A stretch of DNA of 64,000 bases from Candidatus Pacearchaeota archaeon UBA73. GTDB taxonomy: Archaea; Nanobdellota; Nanobdellia; Pacearchaeales; GW2011-AR1. The notes under the pieces are model-generated. The model was not told where the DNA came from. It was given only the letters and a program-made list of their open reading frames with translations, and did no database searches. Positions 1 through 10,035 of the stretch are shown in pieces. Location of the stretch: NCBI GenBank assembly GCA_002496015.1, contig DAIF01000004.1, positions 154,612 to 218,611 of the forward strand, in the 5' to 3' direction. The position numbers and the translations under genes are program-made. Within the stretch, counting starts at the first letter, position 1, and each line of letters opens with the position of its first letter.

Positions 1-43
1 CGTAGTTGAAGTCGTTATCGACAACGAAACAATTCCTATTAAT

Positions 44-1579
44 GTGCATGTATACGACTTTGCTTTACCTGACAAATTAACTCTTGCAACGGCATTCGAT
101 TCAGGTCACTTTAGAATTAAATATGAAGACATCCCAGATTGTGAAGCTACATCAGTATTCGAATTTCACGGTCTTGATTACAATGCCGGAGGAATACTGC
201 AGGACGAACTTGCGATTATTGATGCATATTATGAAGACTATGCAGAAAACAAGATAGTTCCGTATGCCCCTCATGTCTACCGGGACGCAGTATATAATTG
301 CGGCACCCGCGAGTTTGATTTCACAGCAATGGATGCAACACTGGATTATTACCTGAATAATTTGTCTATGAATGCCGCCATGATGTTTCATTATAGCGGT
401 TGGTATTATGAGAGAGCATACGGTCTTTGCGGGTATAACATAACTCAGGAAGAATATTATGGGGTTGCAGTTCCTTACTATCAAAATCTCACAAAACACT
501 TGGAGGAAAAAGGATGGCTAAATCGCTCATATATAATGGTTGACGAACCTCACGGCATCCATCTCAATTACATAAAGGATTTGGCGACAATCGTGACAAA
601 GAACACAACTCCGCCGTTGCGAATAGGCCCGGCCTTGAATGATCACGCAGCATTTGCCGTTCTAAATAATTCAGTCAACTTATGGATAATCCAAAATAAC
701 GAAGGTGCTTCTTTACCCTTATTCACACCAGAAAGAGGGGCTGCCCTATTAAGTCAGGGGGACGAAATCTGGTGGTACTATACTCGTTCAAAGGTATTCG
801 ATATAGACTCTCCTGCACTGGATAACACTTTGAACTACTGGGCTGCCTGGAAATATAATGTTACAGGAATACTAAACTGGGCTGGCTTGATATATGACAC
901 CCACTGTGCAGGTAATCTTCTTGGGCAGGGCATGGACAATCCATGGCACAATCCCCGTTCCGCGTGGGGCAACGGCCAGATAAACTTCTATTATCCGCCT
1001 TGCATTGATGTTTGCGCAGAGCCCACCTTTGAAGTAGTCCCTTCTCTAAGAGTAAAACTCTACAGGGAAGGCATACAAGACTACGAATACTTTGAAATTC
1101 TAAAAAATAAGATGTCTGAAGCACAATCCCTTGGGATAAACACACTTCAGGCAGAGTCCGCTCTTATCCGGGTTGTAGAATCAGCAAGCTCGCCGATATC
1201 TTGGACAAATGATCCTTCCTTAGTTTCAGAGATAAGGCAGGAAGTCGCAGAACAGATAGAACATCTACAAAAAGAGATTGACTGCGGACGCAACGGTTGC
1301 GACACTCAACCCGTAGAGGACGATAGGGGATCAGGGGGAAGTTCTGGCATAAGTAGTCCGGCTGGCGGCAATGGGCAAGGCATAGAAGATGACCAGACAG
1401 ACAGCCCTCCGGCAAATCAAGAGCTGCCGGTCCATCAGGACACGCGGGACGAGGCGAACGAGATAAGTGCCACTTACAACTTAGGTCGAATATTTTTATG
1501 GGTAATCGCCATAATCTCTATAATAGTGGCAGCAGCTTCAGTTATAAAACTCACTCATTATATCAAAAAAAATCAATGA
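44..1579 (+). CDS. DUF4091 / GH123-like glycoside hydrolase domain protein with C-terminal membrane anchor (5' end probably outside window)
   Basis: V-Y-D-F-x-L-P start, DEP motif, WWY, GILNW, 'SLRVKLYREGIQDYEY' DUF4091-type tail, low-complexity linker, C-terminal TM; frame is open back to the window edge. Confidence 0.7.
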   Translation: MHVYDFALPDKLTLATAFDSGHFRIKYEDIPDCEATSVFEFHGLDYNAGGILQDELAIIDAYYEDYAENKIVPYAPHVYRDAVYNCGTREFDFTAMDATLDYYLNNLSMNAAMMFHYSGWYYERAYGLCGYNITQEEYYGVAVPYYQNLTKHLEEKGWLNRSYIMVDEPHGIHLNYIKDLATIVTKNTTPPLRIGPALNDHAAFAVLNNSVNLWIIQNNEGASLPLFTPERGAALLSQGDEIWWYYTRSKVFDIDSPALDNTLNYWAAWKYNVTGILNWAGLIYDTHCAGNLLGQGMDNPWHNPRSAWGNGQINFYYPPCIDVCAEPTFEVVPSLRVKLYREGIQDYEYFEILKNKMSEAQSLGINTLQAESALIRVVESASSPISWTNDPSLVSEIRQEVAEQIEHLQKEIDCGRNGCDTQPVEDDRGSGGSSGISSPAGGNGQGIEDDQTDSPPANQELPVHQDTRDEANEISATYNLGRIFLWVIAIISIIVAAASVIKLTHYIKKNQ

Positions 1580-2220
1580 TCCTTTGGTATCTTCTCTTTC
1601 CGGTAAATCAAATAAGAATAAATTACCAAATAGACTGCAGCTATCACAATAGGCACTATCACGAACCATATTGCTATCTCTCTAAAGATGAAGCCGGCAA
1701 GAGTGACTAGCGCGCAAATCTTAAACATTCTTGCTCCGACTCTGTGCGTCTCGTTCCAGACTCTCTCGCTGCTCAGCGTCCATGGCGTGCGGATTCCAAT
1801 GAACCAGTTTGGCTTCGCCTTCTCCAGCAAGATCCCAATGGACAGGAAAAGTACAAAAAACGCGGGAATGAGCGCAACGCTAAAATCGAATTCCCACCCC
1901 ATATTCCATAATATTGAAAGAAGATGGATATACATAAAAAAAGCCACTATAACAAGCACCATTTTATCATAATATGCTCTGAACTTCTCAACATTACTCC
2001 TCTTAGGATCTATCCTGGGCAGAAACAACAATATTAGGAACGACACAAGCACTATCACAGGCATCGCAAACAATCCCACAAGTCTCCCGCTCTGCGCATC
2101 CGCTTCCCCTTGCGCGTTCCAATGCGAATCAAGCCTCTCAGGCACCTGCGGATAAAGATAAATCCCTACAAGGAAGGAAAGGATAACTAACACCCCAGCG
2201 ATTGCAATTGTCAGCCTCAT
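1573..2220 (-). CDS. SdpI/DUF1648 family membrane (immunity-like) protein
   Basis: HWNAQGEAD (DUF1648) and KPNWFIGIRTPWTLSSERVWNETHR (SdpI) motifs, multiple TMs. Confidence 0.9.
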   Translation of the reverse strand: MRLTIAIAGVLVILSFLVGIYLYPQVPERLDSHWNAQGEADAQSGRLVGLFAMPVIVLVSFLILLFLPRIDPKRSNVEKFRAYYDKMVLVIVAFFMYIHLLSILWNMGWEFDFSVALIPAFFVLFLSIGILLEKAKPNWFIGIRTPWTLSSERVWNETHRVGARMFKICALVTLAGFIFREIAIWFVIVPIVIAAVYLVIYSYLIYRKEKIPKDH

Positions 2221-2334
2221 TCACAAAAAAAGGAATTATACAATTTAAAGTTTCCTGTTTGAGGTTCCGTTGAGGTATAACAAAGGGAAATCATTTACCA
2301 CAAATGTTAAATAATCTCGATTATTGTCCAGACT

Positions 2335-2775
2335 ATGTCTGGTGTAAAAAAAGGAGACACTGTAACAGTCGAATATGAGGGAAGGTTTGAATCTGGCGAG
2401 GTTTTTGATTCTACCAGCCACGGCGATCACTCGCATCCATTAACATTCAAATCTGGAAACTCAGAAGTTGTGAAAGGATTTGATGATGCCGTATTTGGCA
2501 TGAAGAAAGGCGAAGAAAAAGAAATTGTCATCAAACCGGAAGAAGCTTATGGCCAGCCGAATCCAAAACTAATCCAAAAAATCCCAAGAACAAAACTGCC
2601 TTTAAGCCAAGAGCCCAAACCCGGATTAATCTTAATGCTCCGCTCGCAATCAGGCCACCAAATTCCGGCAAGAATTACTGCAGTAGACAACACAGACATA
2701 ACAATAGACTTAAACCATCCTCTAGCCGGAAAAACTCTGATTTTCAAAATAAAACTCACAGAAATAAAAAGCTAA
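2335..2775 (+). CDS. slyD: FKBP-type peptidyl-prolyl cis-trans isomerase (SlyD-like)
   Basis: VEYEGRFESGEVFDST, PEEAYG, IDLNHPLAGKTL motifs. Confidence 0.95.
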   Translation: MSGVKKGDTVTVEYEGRFESGEVFDSTSHGDHSHPLTFKSGNSEVVKGFDDAVFGMKKGEEKEIVIKPEEAYGQPNPKLIQKIPRTKLPLSQEPKPGLILMLRSQSGHQIPARITAVDNTDITIDLNHPLAGKTLIFKIKLTEIKS

Positions 2776-2831
2776 GTAAGTCTTTCAAAAAGATAATCTC
2801 CACCCAAGCTATTGTAACTTAAATGAACTAT

Positions 2832-3221
2832 TTATTTTTTCAGTCTTTTCATAGAATTAATCAAAAATAAAATGCCAACTAAAAAAACAGGTCCTGAGAT
2901 AATCAGGAAAGTCATTATATCTTTGTAAGTATTAAAGAAAATTGTGAAAATAATTCCGGCAATAATAAAAAGCGCTCCTCCTATTTTTTCATATCTCCAC
3001 GCAAAAACTAAAATTATCGCTAAAACTATCGAGGGTGTCAGACAAATTATAAACCCTATCATGGTTGCCAACATCCCCCTACCTTCGCCAAAAACATCAA
3101 ACGCAAATATGCTGATAAAAGCTATATAAATTATCGCAACTACTCTCGCAGCCCAACACATCCTATTACTCTCCCTTCTTCTCAAGGCCGCGCTTCCTCC
3201 ACCCCTCTTTTTTTTCATCAC
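2832..3221 (-). CDS. small 4-TM membrane protein
   Basis: four hydrophobic segments, FISIFAFDVF and AWRYEKIGG pattern. Confidence 0.7.
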   Translation of the reverse strand: MMKKKRGGGSAALRRRESNRMCWAARVVAIIYIAFISIFAFDVFGEGRGMLATMIGFIICLTPSIVLAIILVFAWRYEKIGGALFIIAGIIFTIFFNTYKDIMTFLIISGPVFLVGILFLINSMKRLKK

Positions 3222-3242
3222 TATACGAGTGTAAACTAATTT

Positions 3243-3614
3243 TTAAGGTTTTTCATTTGTCTTTCCTTTTTTTATTACTCCTAAACTCCTGAGAAGTGAC
3301 GCTATCGGCCCTGCCAAAACGAAAAGAGTTATAGAAATTAACCAAATCGCTCTCCAAGAAATAAAATTCCTGGCAAAAGCATTGAACGCTCCGGCTGCGC
3401 AAGCAATAAAAAAGACAACTCCGGAAACTAAATATTTGGATTTTTCAGTCACTTTGTAATTTATGAAATTAAAAATCGCAAAGCCAAAGAAAAACGCAAT
3501 CCAAATACTGTTTCTCACGACGAGACTCTCAAAATAAAACGCTCCCAAAAACGCAATTACCGCTACTACAGCCACTACTCCGCCCCACTTCCCGCCGTAC
3601 AAGTCATCTGCCAT
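3243..3614 (-). CDS. hypothetical membrane protein
   Basis: four hydrophobic segments; start overlaps the end of smc. Confidence 0.65.
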   Translation of the reverse strand: MADDLYGGKWGGVVAVVAVIAFLGAFYFESLVVRNSIWIAFFFGFAIFNFINYKVTEKSKYLVSGVVFFIACAAGAFNAFARNFISWRAIWLISITLFVLAGPIASLLRSLGVIKKGKTNEKP

Positions 3615-6510
3615 TCTGCACCTCCTGCATAACCGGCTCGTTATTCACTCTCAAACTTAAAATTTTAGAAACGCCCTCGTGCATCGAGACGCCATACAAT
3701 ATGTTCGAATCCAAAATTATTGCATCATTGTGCGTCACGATAATATACTGACCGGATTTCATATATCGTTTCAGCAGAGCCGCAAGTCTCTCAGAGTTTC
3801 TTTTATCGAGCGCCGCATCAATCTCGTCAAGGATATAAAACTGATATGGCTTATACTCTTGAATAGCAAACAATAGCGAAAGCGCGACAAGTGTCTGCTC
3901 TCCTCCTGAGAGTGATGTCACGTCAAAATATTTCCCTCTGGCCATCTTCACGACTATATCAACTCCGCCTTCAAACATCTCCTCTTCATTCTCAATCTCC
4001 AGATACGCTGTGCCGCCTTTGGTCGACAAGCGCGAGAAATTCTCACTGAACAAGTCATTTATTGCCTTAAACGTCTTCATGAAAACTTTCTTCTTCTTCT
4101 TGTCTATCTCCTCGATTATCTTCAATATCTCATTCTTTTCTTTGTCTAGCGTGTCCACTTTCTCCTTTACCAAGTCATATTCTTTTTTTACTTCATCATA
4201 TACTTCAAGCGCCCTCATGTTTATCGAACCGATGGTGTCAAGTGTCGCCTGTGCCTTTTGCAATCTCTCTTCCAATGCATTGATGCTTCCTTGTAATATC
4301 TCTACACCTTGATATTCTGCCAAATCTATCTCGACAGTTTCGCGCTCCCCATCAAGCTTCGCTTTCCCGACTTTCAAATAATTTATCTGGTCCTCTATTT
4401 GCCTTATCTCGTTTTGCGTCTCCGTAAAGGTTATGCTCATTTCCTGATACTTTTTCTGCGTCGCGTCTCGCTCCGCAAACATCTTCTGGAACCGCGCATT
4501 CATCTCTTTCTCTTTCGCTTCCTTGCTGTCCAGCATTTCCTGTCTGGCTTTTATTGTGCCGCCAAGAAATTCTATTTGCTTATGCATCTCGCCGAAATCT
4601 TCGCTGCTGCTCTCTATGATATTTCTTGTTTTCTCAAGTTCCCTATCCTTGTAAAGTAATGTTGTGTCAATGTCCTCTTCGGTCCTCGAAGAAATCTCCT
4701 CTATCTCAAGCATCTTATTTCGGTAAAGCTCGTCAATGTTTGAGACCTCGTCATTCTTTTTCTCCAGACTCGCACCTCTTGCCTCAAGCTCCGCTATCTC
4801 TTTTTTTATAACACTAACGCCCTCGACATATTTTTTCAGCATCTCTTTCTTCTCTGAGATGTTCTTGTGAGACGTTAACTCCTTCTCATACCCACGTATT
4901 TTATCTTCAATCTCATTGATTGTTTTCAGGGATTGTCCAAAGCTTTCCTTTATCCTAACAAGATTCTCTTTTGCACTCTCAAGACCACCTCGCGCTTTCG
5001 AAATCCGCGTTTCAGCTTCTCCAAAAACATGGTTCAGGTGTTCTTGCGTCATTTTGCTTTGGCAGAGCGGGCAGATATCAATGTCAGATACTTTCTTTAT
5101 TATTTCATCATTCCTCTCGATTTCTCTTTCAGATACCGAGATAGTCTTCTCACTGGCAAGCTCTTCTTCTCTCAATGAATCTATCTTGTCCTCTTCTTGT
5201 GCGAGCCTCTCCTTCAGAGACTCAATGGCTTCGTTGCACTCTTTTTCCGTAGCAAACTCAAAGTCCCGCGATAACTCTTCGACTCTTGATACCAATGACT
5301 CCGACTCTGCTTCCAGCCGGGCTAGCTGTTTCCTCCTATCCTCAATAGTATTTTTTACCGCGAGCATCTCCGACTTAATCAGGAAGACTTTCTTCTTCTC
5401 TCTGTCCAGTTGCGCAAGCTCTTCTTTCTTTTTCCTTAACTCTGCCGCTTTCTTCGCCATCAGCGGGCTTTCATCTCTCAGATGTTTTATCTCTGCTTCA
5501 AGCTCAGGAATCGTTTTCTTCATCTCAGCAATCCTTCTCTCTATTTCGCCTTTCCTATGTTCATATCCCTCTTTCCTAACCCGAAGCCCCTCAAGTTCCG
5601 CACGCAGATTAGTTATCTCTTCCCTAAGCCTTCCCTGCTCAAATCCCGTCGCTTCCCGTATCTGCCTGTTAATCTGGTTCACTTTTTCACTCAGTTTGTC
5701 AAGTTCCATCTGCGTCTTCTCAGCTTTCTCCCTTATTTTATTTTTAACCGCAATCTTTTCATCAATCGTCTTAATGAGGGAAGTTATCTCCTTCATCTTA
5801 TCATCATATTTCCTTTTCAAAATCGACGCCCGCGCCCTCCGGACAGTCAGCTGCAATTCTTTGTATCTCTGCGCCTGCGTCTTCTCTTTCTCAAGATTAT
5901 TTAGGTACGCAGTTCTCTCTCTCAACACCGTGGAAATCTCTTTCAACCGCACTTCCGTCTTCTCAAGTTCTTTCAATGATTTCTCTTTTCTCCATTCGTA
6001 GACAGAGATTCCGGCAACCTCTCCGATAATCTTTCTTCGCTCTTCAGGATGCATCTTGACAATGGCTTGTATCTGTCCCTGTAAAATTATATTATACCCA
6101 TAAGGATCAATGCCTGCCTGCCCCAGCGTCTCAATCACTTCCGCCCGCGTCTTTGTCTCTCCATTTATCTTGTAAATGCTCTGTCCCCTCAGTCTCACAG
6201 TTCTTTCAATCACTATCTCGTCTCTGTCCATAGCGAACGCCCGGTCGGAATTATCAAAATAAAGTTCCACAGTCGCTTCTTTCGCCGGCCTCATGTACTT
6301 GCTCCCCATAAAGATCAAATTCTTAGCTTTCTCGGCTCGCATTGATTTAACACTAAGCCTCCCTAGAACAAAACACAAAGCATCTGAAATATTCGACTTG
6401 CCAGATCCGTTCGGTCCAATTACTACATTGATTCCCCGATCAAACGGGATTTCCGTCCGCTTTGCAAAACTCTTAAATCCATTTATCACCAACTTTTTCA
6501 CATGAGCCAT
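3604..6510 (-). CDS. smc: SMC-family ATPase with central CxxC (zinc-hook-like) motif
   Basis: GFKSF, Walker A GPNGSGKSN, LSGGE signature, Walker B ILDEIDAALD, long coiled coils; CPLC at aa 480-483 of 968. Confidence 0.9.
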   Translation of the reverse strand: MAHVKKLVINGFKSFAKRTEIPFDRGINVVIGPNGSGKSNISDALCFVLGRLSVKSMRAEKAKNLIFMGSKYMRPAKEATVELYFDNSDRAFAMDRDEIVIERTVRLRGQSIYKINGETKTRAEVIETLGQAGIDPYGYNIILQGQIQAIVKMHPEERRKIIGEVAGISVYEWRKEKSLKELEKTEVRLKEISTVLRERTAYLNNLEKEKTQAQRYKELQLTVRRARASILKRKYDDKMKEITSLIKTIDEKIAVKNKIREKAEKTQMELDKLSEKVNQINRQIREATGFEQGRLREEITNLRAELEGLRVRKEGYEHRKGEIERRIAEMKKTIPELEAEIKHLRDESPLMAKKAAELRKKKEELAQLDREKKKVFLIKSEMLAVKNTIEDRRKQLARLEAESESLVSRVEELSRDFEFATEKECNEAIESLKERLAQEEDKIDSLREEELASEKTISVSEREIERNDEIIKKVSDIDICPLCQSKMTQEHLNHVFGEAETRISKARGGLESAKENLVRIKESFGQSLKTINEIEDKIRGYEKELTSHKNISEKKEMLKKYVEGVSVIKKEIAELEARGASLEKKNDEVSNIDELYRNKMLEIEEISSRTEEDIDTTLLYKDRELEKTRNIIESSSEDFGEMHKQIEFLGGTIKARQEMLDSKEAKEKEMNARFQKMFAERDATQKKYQEMSITFTETQNEIRQIEDQINYLKVGKAKLDGERETVEIDLAEYQGVEILQGSINALEERLQKAQATLDTIGSINMRALEVYDEVKKEYDLVKEKVDTLDKEKNEILKIIEEIDKKKKKVFMKTFKAINDLFSENFSRLSTKGGTAYLEIENEEEMFEGGVDIVVKMARGKYFDVTSLSGGEQTLVALSLLFAIQEYKPYQFYILDEIDAALDKRNSERLAALLKRYMKSGQYIIVTHNDAIILDSNILYGVSMHEGVSKILSLRVNNEPVMQEVQNGR

Positions 6511-6525
6511 ACCATGACTTGGAAA

Positions 6526-6548
6526 ATAAGCTATATAAAGATTATTTA
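6526..6548. repeat. 23-bp direct repeat, copy 1 (partner 7087-7109), flanking hicBA
   Basis: ataagctatataaagattattta vs ataagctatattaagattattta (22/23 identical). Confidence 0.85.
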
Positions 6549-6557
6549 AAGACTAGA

Positions 6558-6791
6558 TTAAACTTCCTGTCTTAACTTATCGTAATCTTCTTTACTCAAA
6601 CCAATCTGTTTCAAAATCTCAAGCGTCAAGCCTTTGCCCAAGTCTTCATTTCCATGAATAGGCACAACAGTTCTTCTGCCATCAGGATGTTTAAATCGGA
6701 CATGACTTCCCTTTCCATAGATTTTCTCAAAACCAAGCCTTTCAAGTATCTTACAAAATTTCTTTCCAGAAATTTGAACTAGCTTAACCAT
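6558..6791 (-). CDS. hicA: HicA family mRNA interferase toxin
   Basis: LERLGF...GKGSHVRFKHPDGRRTVVPIH motif. Confidence 0.95.
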   Translation of the reverse strand: MVKLVQISGKKFCKILERLGFEKIYGKGSHVRFKHPDGRRTVVPIHGNEDLGKGLTLEILKQIGLSKEDYDKLRQEV

Positions 6792-6792
6792 T

Positions 6793-7029
6793 TTATGCAG
6801 CGAACTTCTTTTCTACCTGAACTCTTTGAATTCCAACGAACCTCAACGGAGCAACTTCCTCTTCATCACTCTCTAAGCAAACCTCAATGGCCTCTTTAAT
6901 TCTTTCTAGAACTTCTTGTAATGTCTTCCCCTGTGTATGGCACCCTTCAATTTCAGGCACTCTGGCTACATAGATTCCGTCTTCATCTTGTTCTATAATT
7001 ACAGTAAAATCCAGAACTTGCTTTTCCAT
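6793..7029 (-). CDS. hicB: HicB family antitoxin (short form, no DNA-binding domain)
   Basis: VIIEQDEDGIYVARVPEIEGCHTQGKTLQEVLERIKEAI. Confidence 0.95.
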   Translation of the reverse strand: MEKQVLDFTVIIEQDEDGIYVARVPEIEGCHTQGKTLQEVLERIKEAIEVCLESDEEEVAPLRFVGIQRVQVEKKFAA

Positions 7030-7086
7030 CCTTAACCAAAAAGATTTATCGGTTAAATAGTTATCGCTCCGGCTTTTTCACATGAG

Positions 7087-7109
7087 ATAAGCTATATTAA
7101 GATTATTTA
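7087..7109. repeat. 23-bp direct repeat, copy 2, spanning the stop codon of ORF 7103-7438
   Basis: matches 6526-6548 at 22/23 positions. Confidence 0.85.
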
Positions 7110-7438
7110 GAGCTAATTCTCAAGGGCAACCCTGTCGCCTCAAGCATCTGCAAAAGTGGCAGAACCGCATCATAGTAAACTTTGATGTGTCTCACGCCAT
7201 CCCCTTCAGGTCCATAAACATAAGCATCCACATTCCCCGGATAATGAAACCTGTGCGATACGCCGCCAGTTATCTCGATTCTCAGATGTTGGCCGGTTAT
7301 AGTCGTAAGCAATTCATATGCTCTGTTCAACTTCTCTTTAGGTAATCTGACCAGACTCCCGTGATACATCTGCTTATTTGTATCCACATCCTCTCTTACA
7401 TAAGTAATGTGTTCCCGATATATTCCATTTTTTGCCAT
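7103..7438 (-). CDS. hypothetical protein
   Basis: 111-aa ORF with upstream TATA-like element. Confidence 0.6.
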   Translation of the reverse strand: MAKNGIYREHITYVREDVDTNKQMYHGSLVRLPKEKLNRAYELLTTITGQHLRIEITGGVSHRFHYPGNVDAYVYGPEGDGVRHIKVYYDAVLPLLQMLEATGLPLRISSK

Positions 7439-7513
7439 CTGCAGGATAGTTTCTTCATCAATTTATTTTAAAAATCTTTCTATAATTTTTCCGTAAATAA
7501 TCCAACGAGTTAA

Positions 7514-7780
7514 TTATTCAAAGTCAATCTGAGGGACTTCTACACGTCTTCCATCATTGTCAATTATTGGATAAAAAACGTTGCATAAACTGCTTCCTTC
7601 TTCAGGAGTTCTCGTAATCTCTCCGCTTTCTTCGTTCCTATAAACGCCCACTGGCGAAGCCTCTAATGTATATCCTCTTCCGCGAGTTAGTCTTTGCGGA
7701 CAATCGCAACTAGCTACCGCTCTAACAACAGTCCCTTTCTTTAAACTCAAAGCTCTTTGCATTTTTTCATTAAAGTCCAT
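7514..7780 (-). CDS. hypothetical protein
   Basis: 88-aa ORF in the same orientation as its neighbours. Confidence 0.55.
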   Translation of the reverse strand: MDFNEKMQRALSLKKGTVVRAVASCDCPQRLTRGRGYTLEASPVGVYRNEESGEITRTPEEGSSLCNVFYPIIDNDGRRVEVPQIDFE

Positions 7781-7866
7781 TTTCTTCTTTCCATTACAAA
7801 ATATTTATTTTGTCTTACTAAAATAAAAAAAGCTACACTAAATAAAAAATAAAAAATTAAAGGAAA

Positions 7867-9129
7867 TTAGTAGTAGCTCTCTCCGTATTCTTCCTTAGTT
7901 TCTGGTTTTCTCGTAAGTAAGACGATTAGAACAACAAGCAAGACAACGAAGATGATCGCAAGGATTACAGTCAATAACACAGTCGTGTTTGTCTGGATTC
8001 CACTGCCACCATTGCTTCCACTGCCTTCAACAATGTTTGCTCTAAATGTCTTGGAGTCAACTAGCGCACTACCATCGGATATAACGTCAACTCTAAAGTT
8101 ATAGTCGTCGCGTAGTCTTGAATTAACAAGGAATTCTACAATTCGGCTTGTTCCAGCCGGAACCACTACAAGAGAGTCGCTAGCGTCAACATCAAGGTTG
8201 CTGTCAGAGTCGACTCTAAGTTCGAACACTCTAACAACAGTGCCTCTGTTGACAATAGTCAACTTGTAGCTTTCGGTCTGCCCGACATTGAAGGTCTTGC
8301 TTGTACTAGCAGCAACTACTTGAGTGTTCTCAACAGCGCCGCCGTTTACAAGAACTCTTCGGTCTACTCGATCAAAGCTGTTAGAATTGAAAGCTTCGAT
8401 CTGTATGTCGTATAGGCCGGGTTTAGTGTTTGCCGGAATTCGGATGTATGTCCTTCTCTCAACAGCATCTTCCTTGTTAGGATTGTCTTGGTCAATCGGA
8501 GCAAGATCACCGAAATAGGTTCTCTCTTCAATGCCAAGCTGAGGGATGCTTATCTTCAAGAAGGTGTCTTCTGCAAACTGCCTTCCCCTGTTCTTCAACA
8601 CAACGTCAACTACAATAGAGTCTCCAACGTTTACCTCAGGCTGCATATCAACGCTCAGGATTTCCAATGCATCATTTTCTCTTTGAATAGAGAATCTGAT
8701 GAATTCACTATCTGCAACACCACCGGATTCGCCTTCGACACGAACTTCTAAGTTCCTCATGTCTTCAAGCTTATCTCTCAAGTTAGATGGTATGTCTAGG
8801 TATACGGTCATTGGATAGGAGTTATTTGCATAAACAGCAAAATCCTTAGACACTGCAACATTTCCGGATGATCCGGTTAATGTAACTCTAAGGATAGCGC
8901 GTTCTTCAAGAACCCCACTTCCAGCATCTGCCTTGAAAACAATAAATACAGGAATTCTGTCTCCAACAAAATTTCCCACATTCACGTTCTCAACAGATTG
9001 GCCGTGTGCTACCACAACAACACCATTAACTTCAACAGTCTCGATGTCACCGAAAGCGCTTACGCTGCCCAAAGCAAATACTAGTGCAAGTGCACTCGCG
9101 ATGAAAACCAAAAGGTTTCTTTTTGACAT
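7867..9129 (-). CDS. cell-surface/S-layer-associated protein with CARDB/Ig-like domains and C-terminal TM
   Basis: signal peptide ending VSA, V-x-L-K-N-R-G CARDB-like strands, TM followed by EEYGESYY tail; long 5' region with GGGTGA. Confidence 0.75.
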   Translation of the reverse strand: MSKRNLLVFIASALALVFALGSVSAFGDIETVEVNGVVVVAHGQSVENVNVGNFVGDRIPVFIVFKADAGSGVLEERAILRVTLTGSSGNVAVSKDFAVYANNSYPMTVYLDIPSNLRDKLEDMRNLEVRVEGESGGVADSEFIRFSIQRENDALEILSVDMQPEVNVGDSIVVDVVLKNRGRQFAEDTFLKISIPQLGIEERTYFGDLAPIDQDNPNKEDAVERRTYIRIPANTKPGLYDIQIEAFNSNSFDRVDRRVLVNGGAVENTQVVAASTSKTFNVGQTESYKLTIVNRGTVVRVFELRVDSDSNLDVDASDSLVVVPAGTSRIVEFLVNSRLRDDYNFRVDVISDGSALVDSKTFRANIVEGSGSNGGSGIQTNTTVLLTVILAIIFVVLLVVLIVLLTRKPETKEEYGESYY

Positions 9130-9280
9130 TTGTTGTTTTGGTTAAATTTAGTTAATATTTCACCCTTTTCTATGTTTATAAACTTTTGGGTGACAACAGA
9201 ATTGAACTTACTCGATAGTTACAAGAAGGTAGTAAAAAATTATCTACAAACTTTATAAATGTATACCCAAGTATACCTGC

Positions 9281-9517
9281 ATGAAAAAGGAAGAAAAATC
9301 TCAAATAACGACGGTAAAGATTCAAAAACAAACAAAAGAAAGACTCGACAAACTTCGCGTTCATCGCAGGGATTCTTATGATGAAATTGTTCAGAGGATA
9401 CTCGGTATACTTAACGTATGCCGCCGAAACCCTGACGAAGCCCAGGAAACTTTGGAAAAGTTAGAATCTCTTGCAAAAAAGAATTCTTTGAATTCAAATT
9501 TAAAAAGAAAGTCTTAA
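9281..9517 (+). CDS. small ribbon-helix-helix-like DNA-binding protein
   Basis: ITTVKIQKQTKERLDKL...DSYDEIVQRIL, same pattern as the antitoxin at 34852-35064. Confidence 0.75.
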   Translation: MKKEEKSQITTVKIQKQTKERLDKLRVHRRDSYDEIVQRILGILNVCRRNPDEAQETLEKLESLAKKNSLNSNLKRKS

Positions 9518-10035
9518 ACAAATCGTGTCTATAAGCTCACCCATCTTATTACTTCTATATAATTTTTTTGCTGTTTTCGAACGGTAAACTTGGTATGTAA
9601 CAACTGAAGAGAAATATTAAAGTTGCAACAGGAAAATAGTATGTTTACTTATTTTCTGCAATTATTCTTTTAGTGATGACTAATGAGGCCCTTACTTTTT
9701 CATGGAGTTCACTTCTAATTCTGTGGCGTAACAGTATCTTGCAACGGCGCCAATTCTGACAAATTCTCCTCTTGTCACTCGACCTGCAAATTCCTCACAT
9801 TGTATTAGGACACGCCTTCGGAACTGTGGCGCACAAAATGGAAAAAATCTAAAGGCGAATTTTAATTAATGTTATGAAAACGCAATTAAGACGACTTAGG
9901 CGTGCGCAAAAAATGCAGATTTATCGAAATGGAATGACAAAACGTGCTTTTTCGACATCGAAGAGTAAATAGAGCGAAGGAAAGTAAAGATTTTAGAATA
10001 ATTATATTTTAATATTCTATATCTTATTTATTTTT

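Noticed and set aside
4916-6001. 361-aa plus-strand ORF
   Set aside because: Antisense shadow of the smc coiled coil (Ser/Phe/Leu-rich mirror of Glu/Lys codons).
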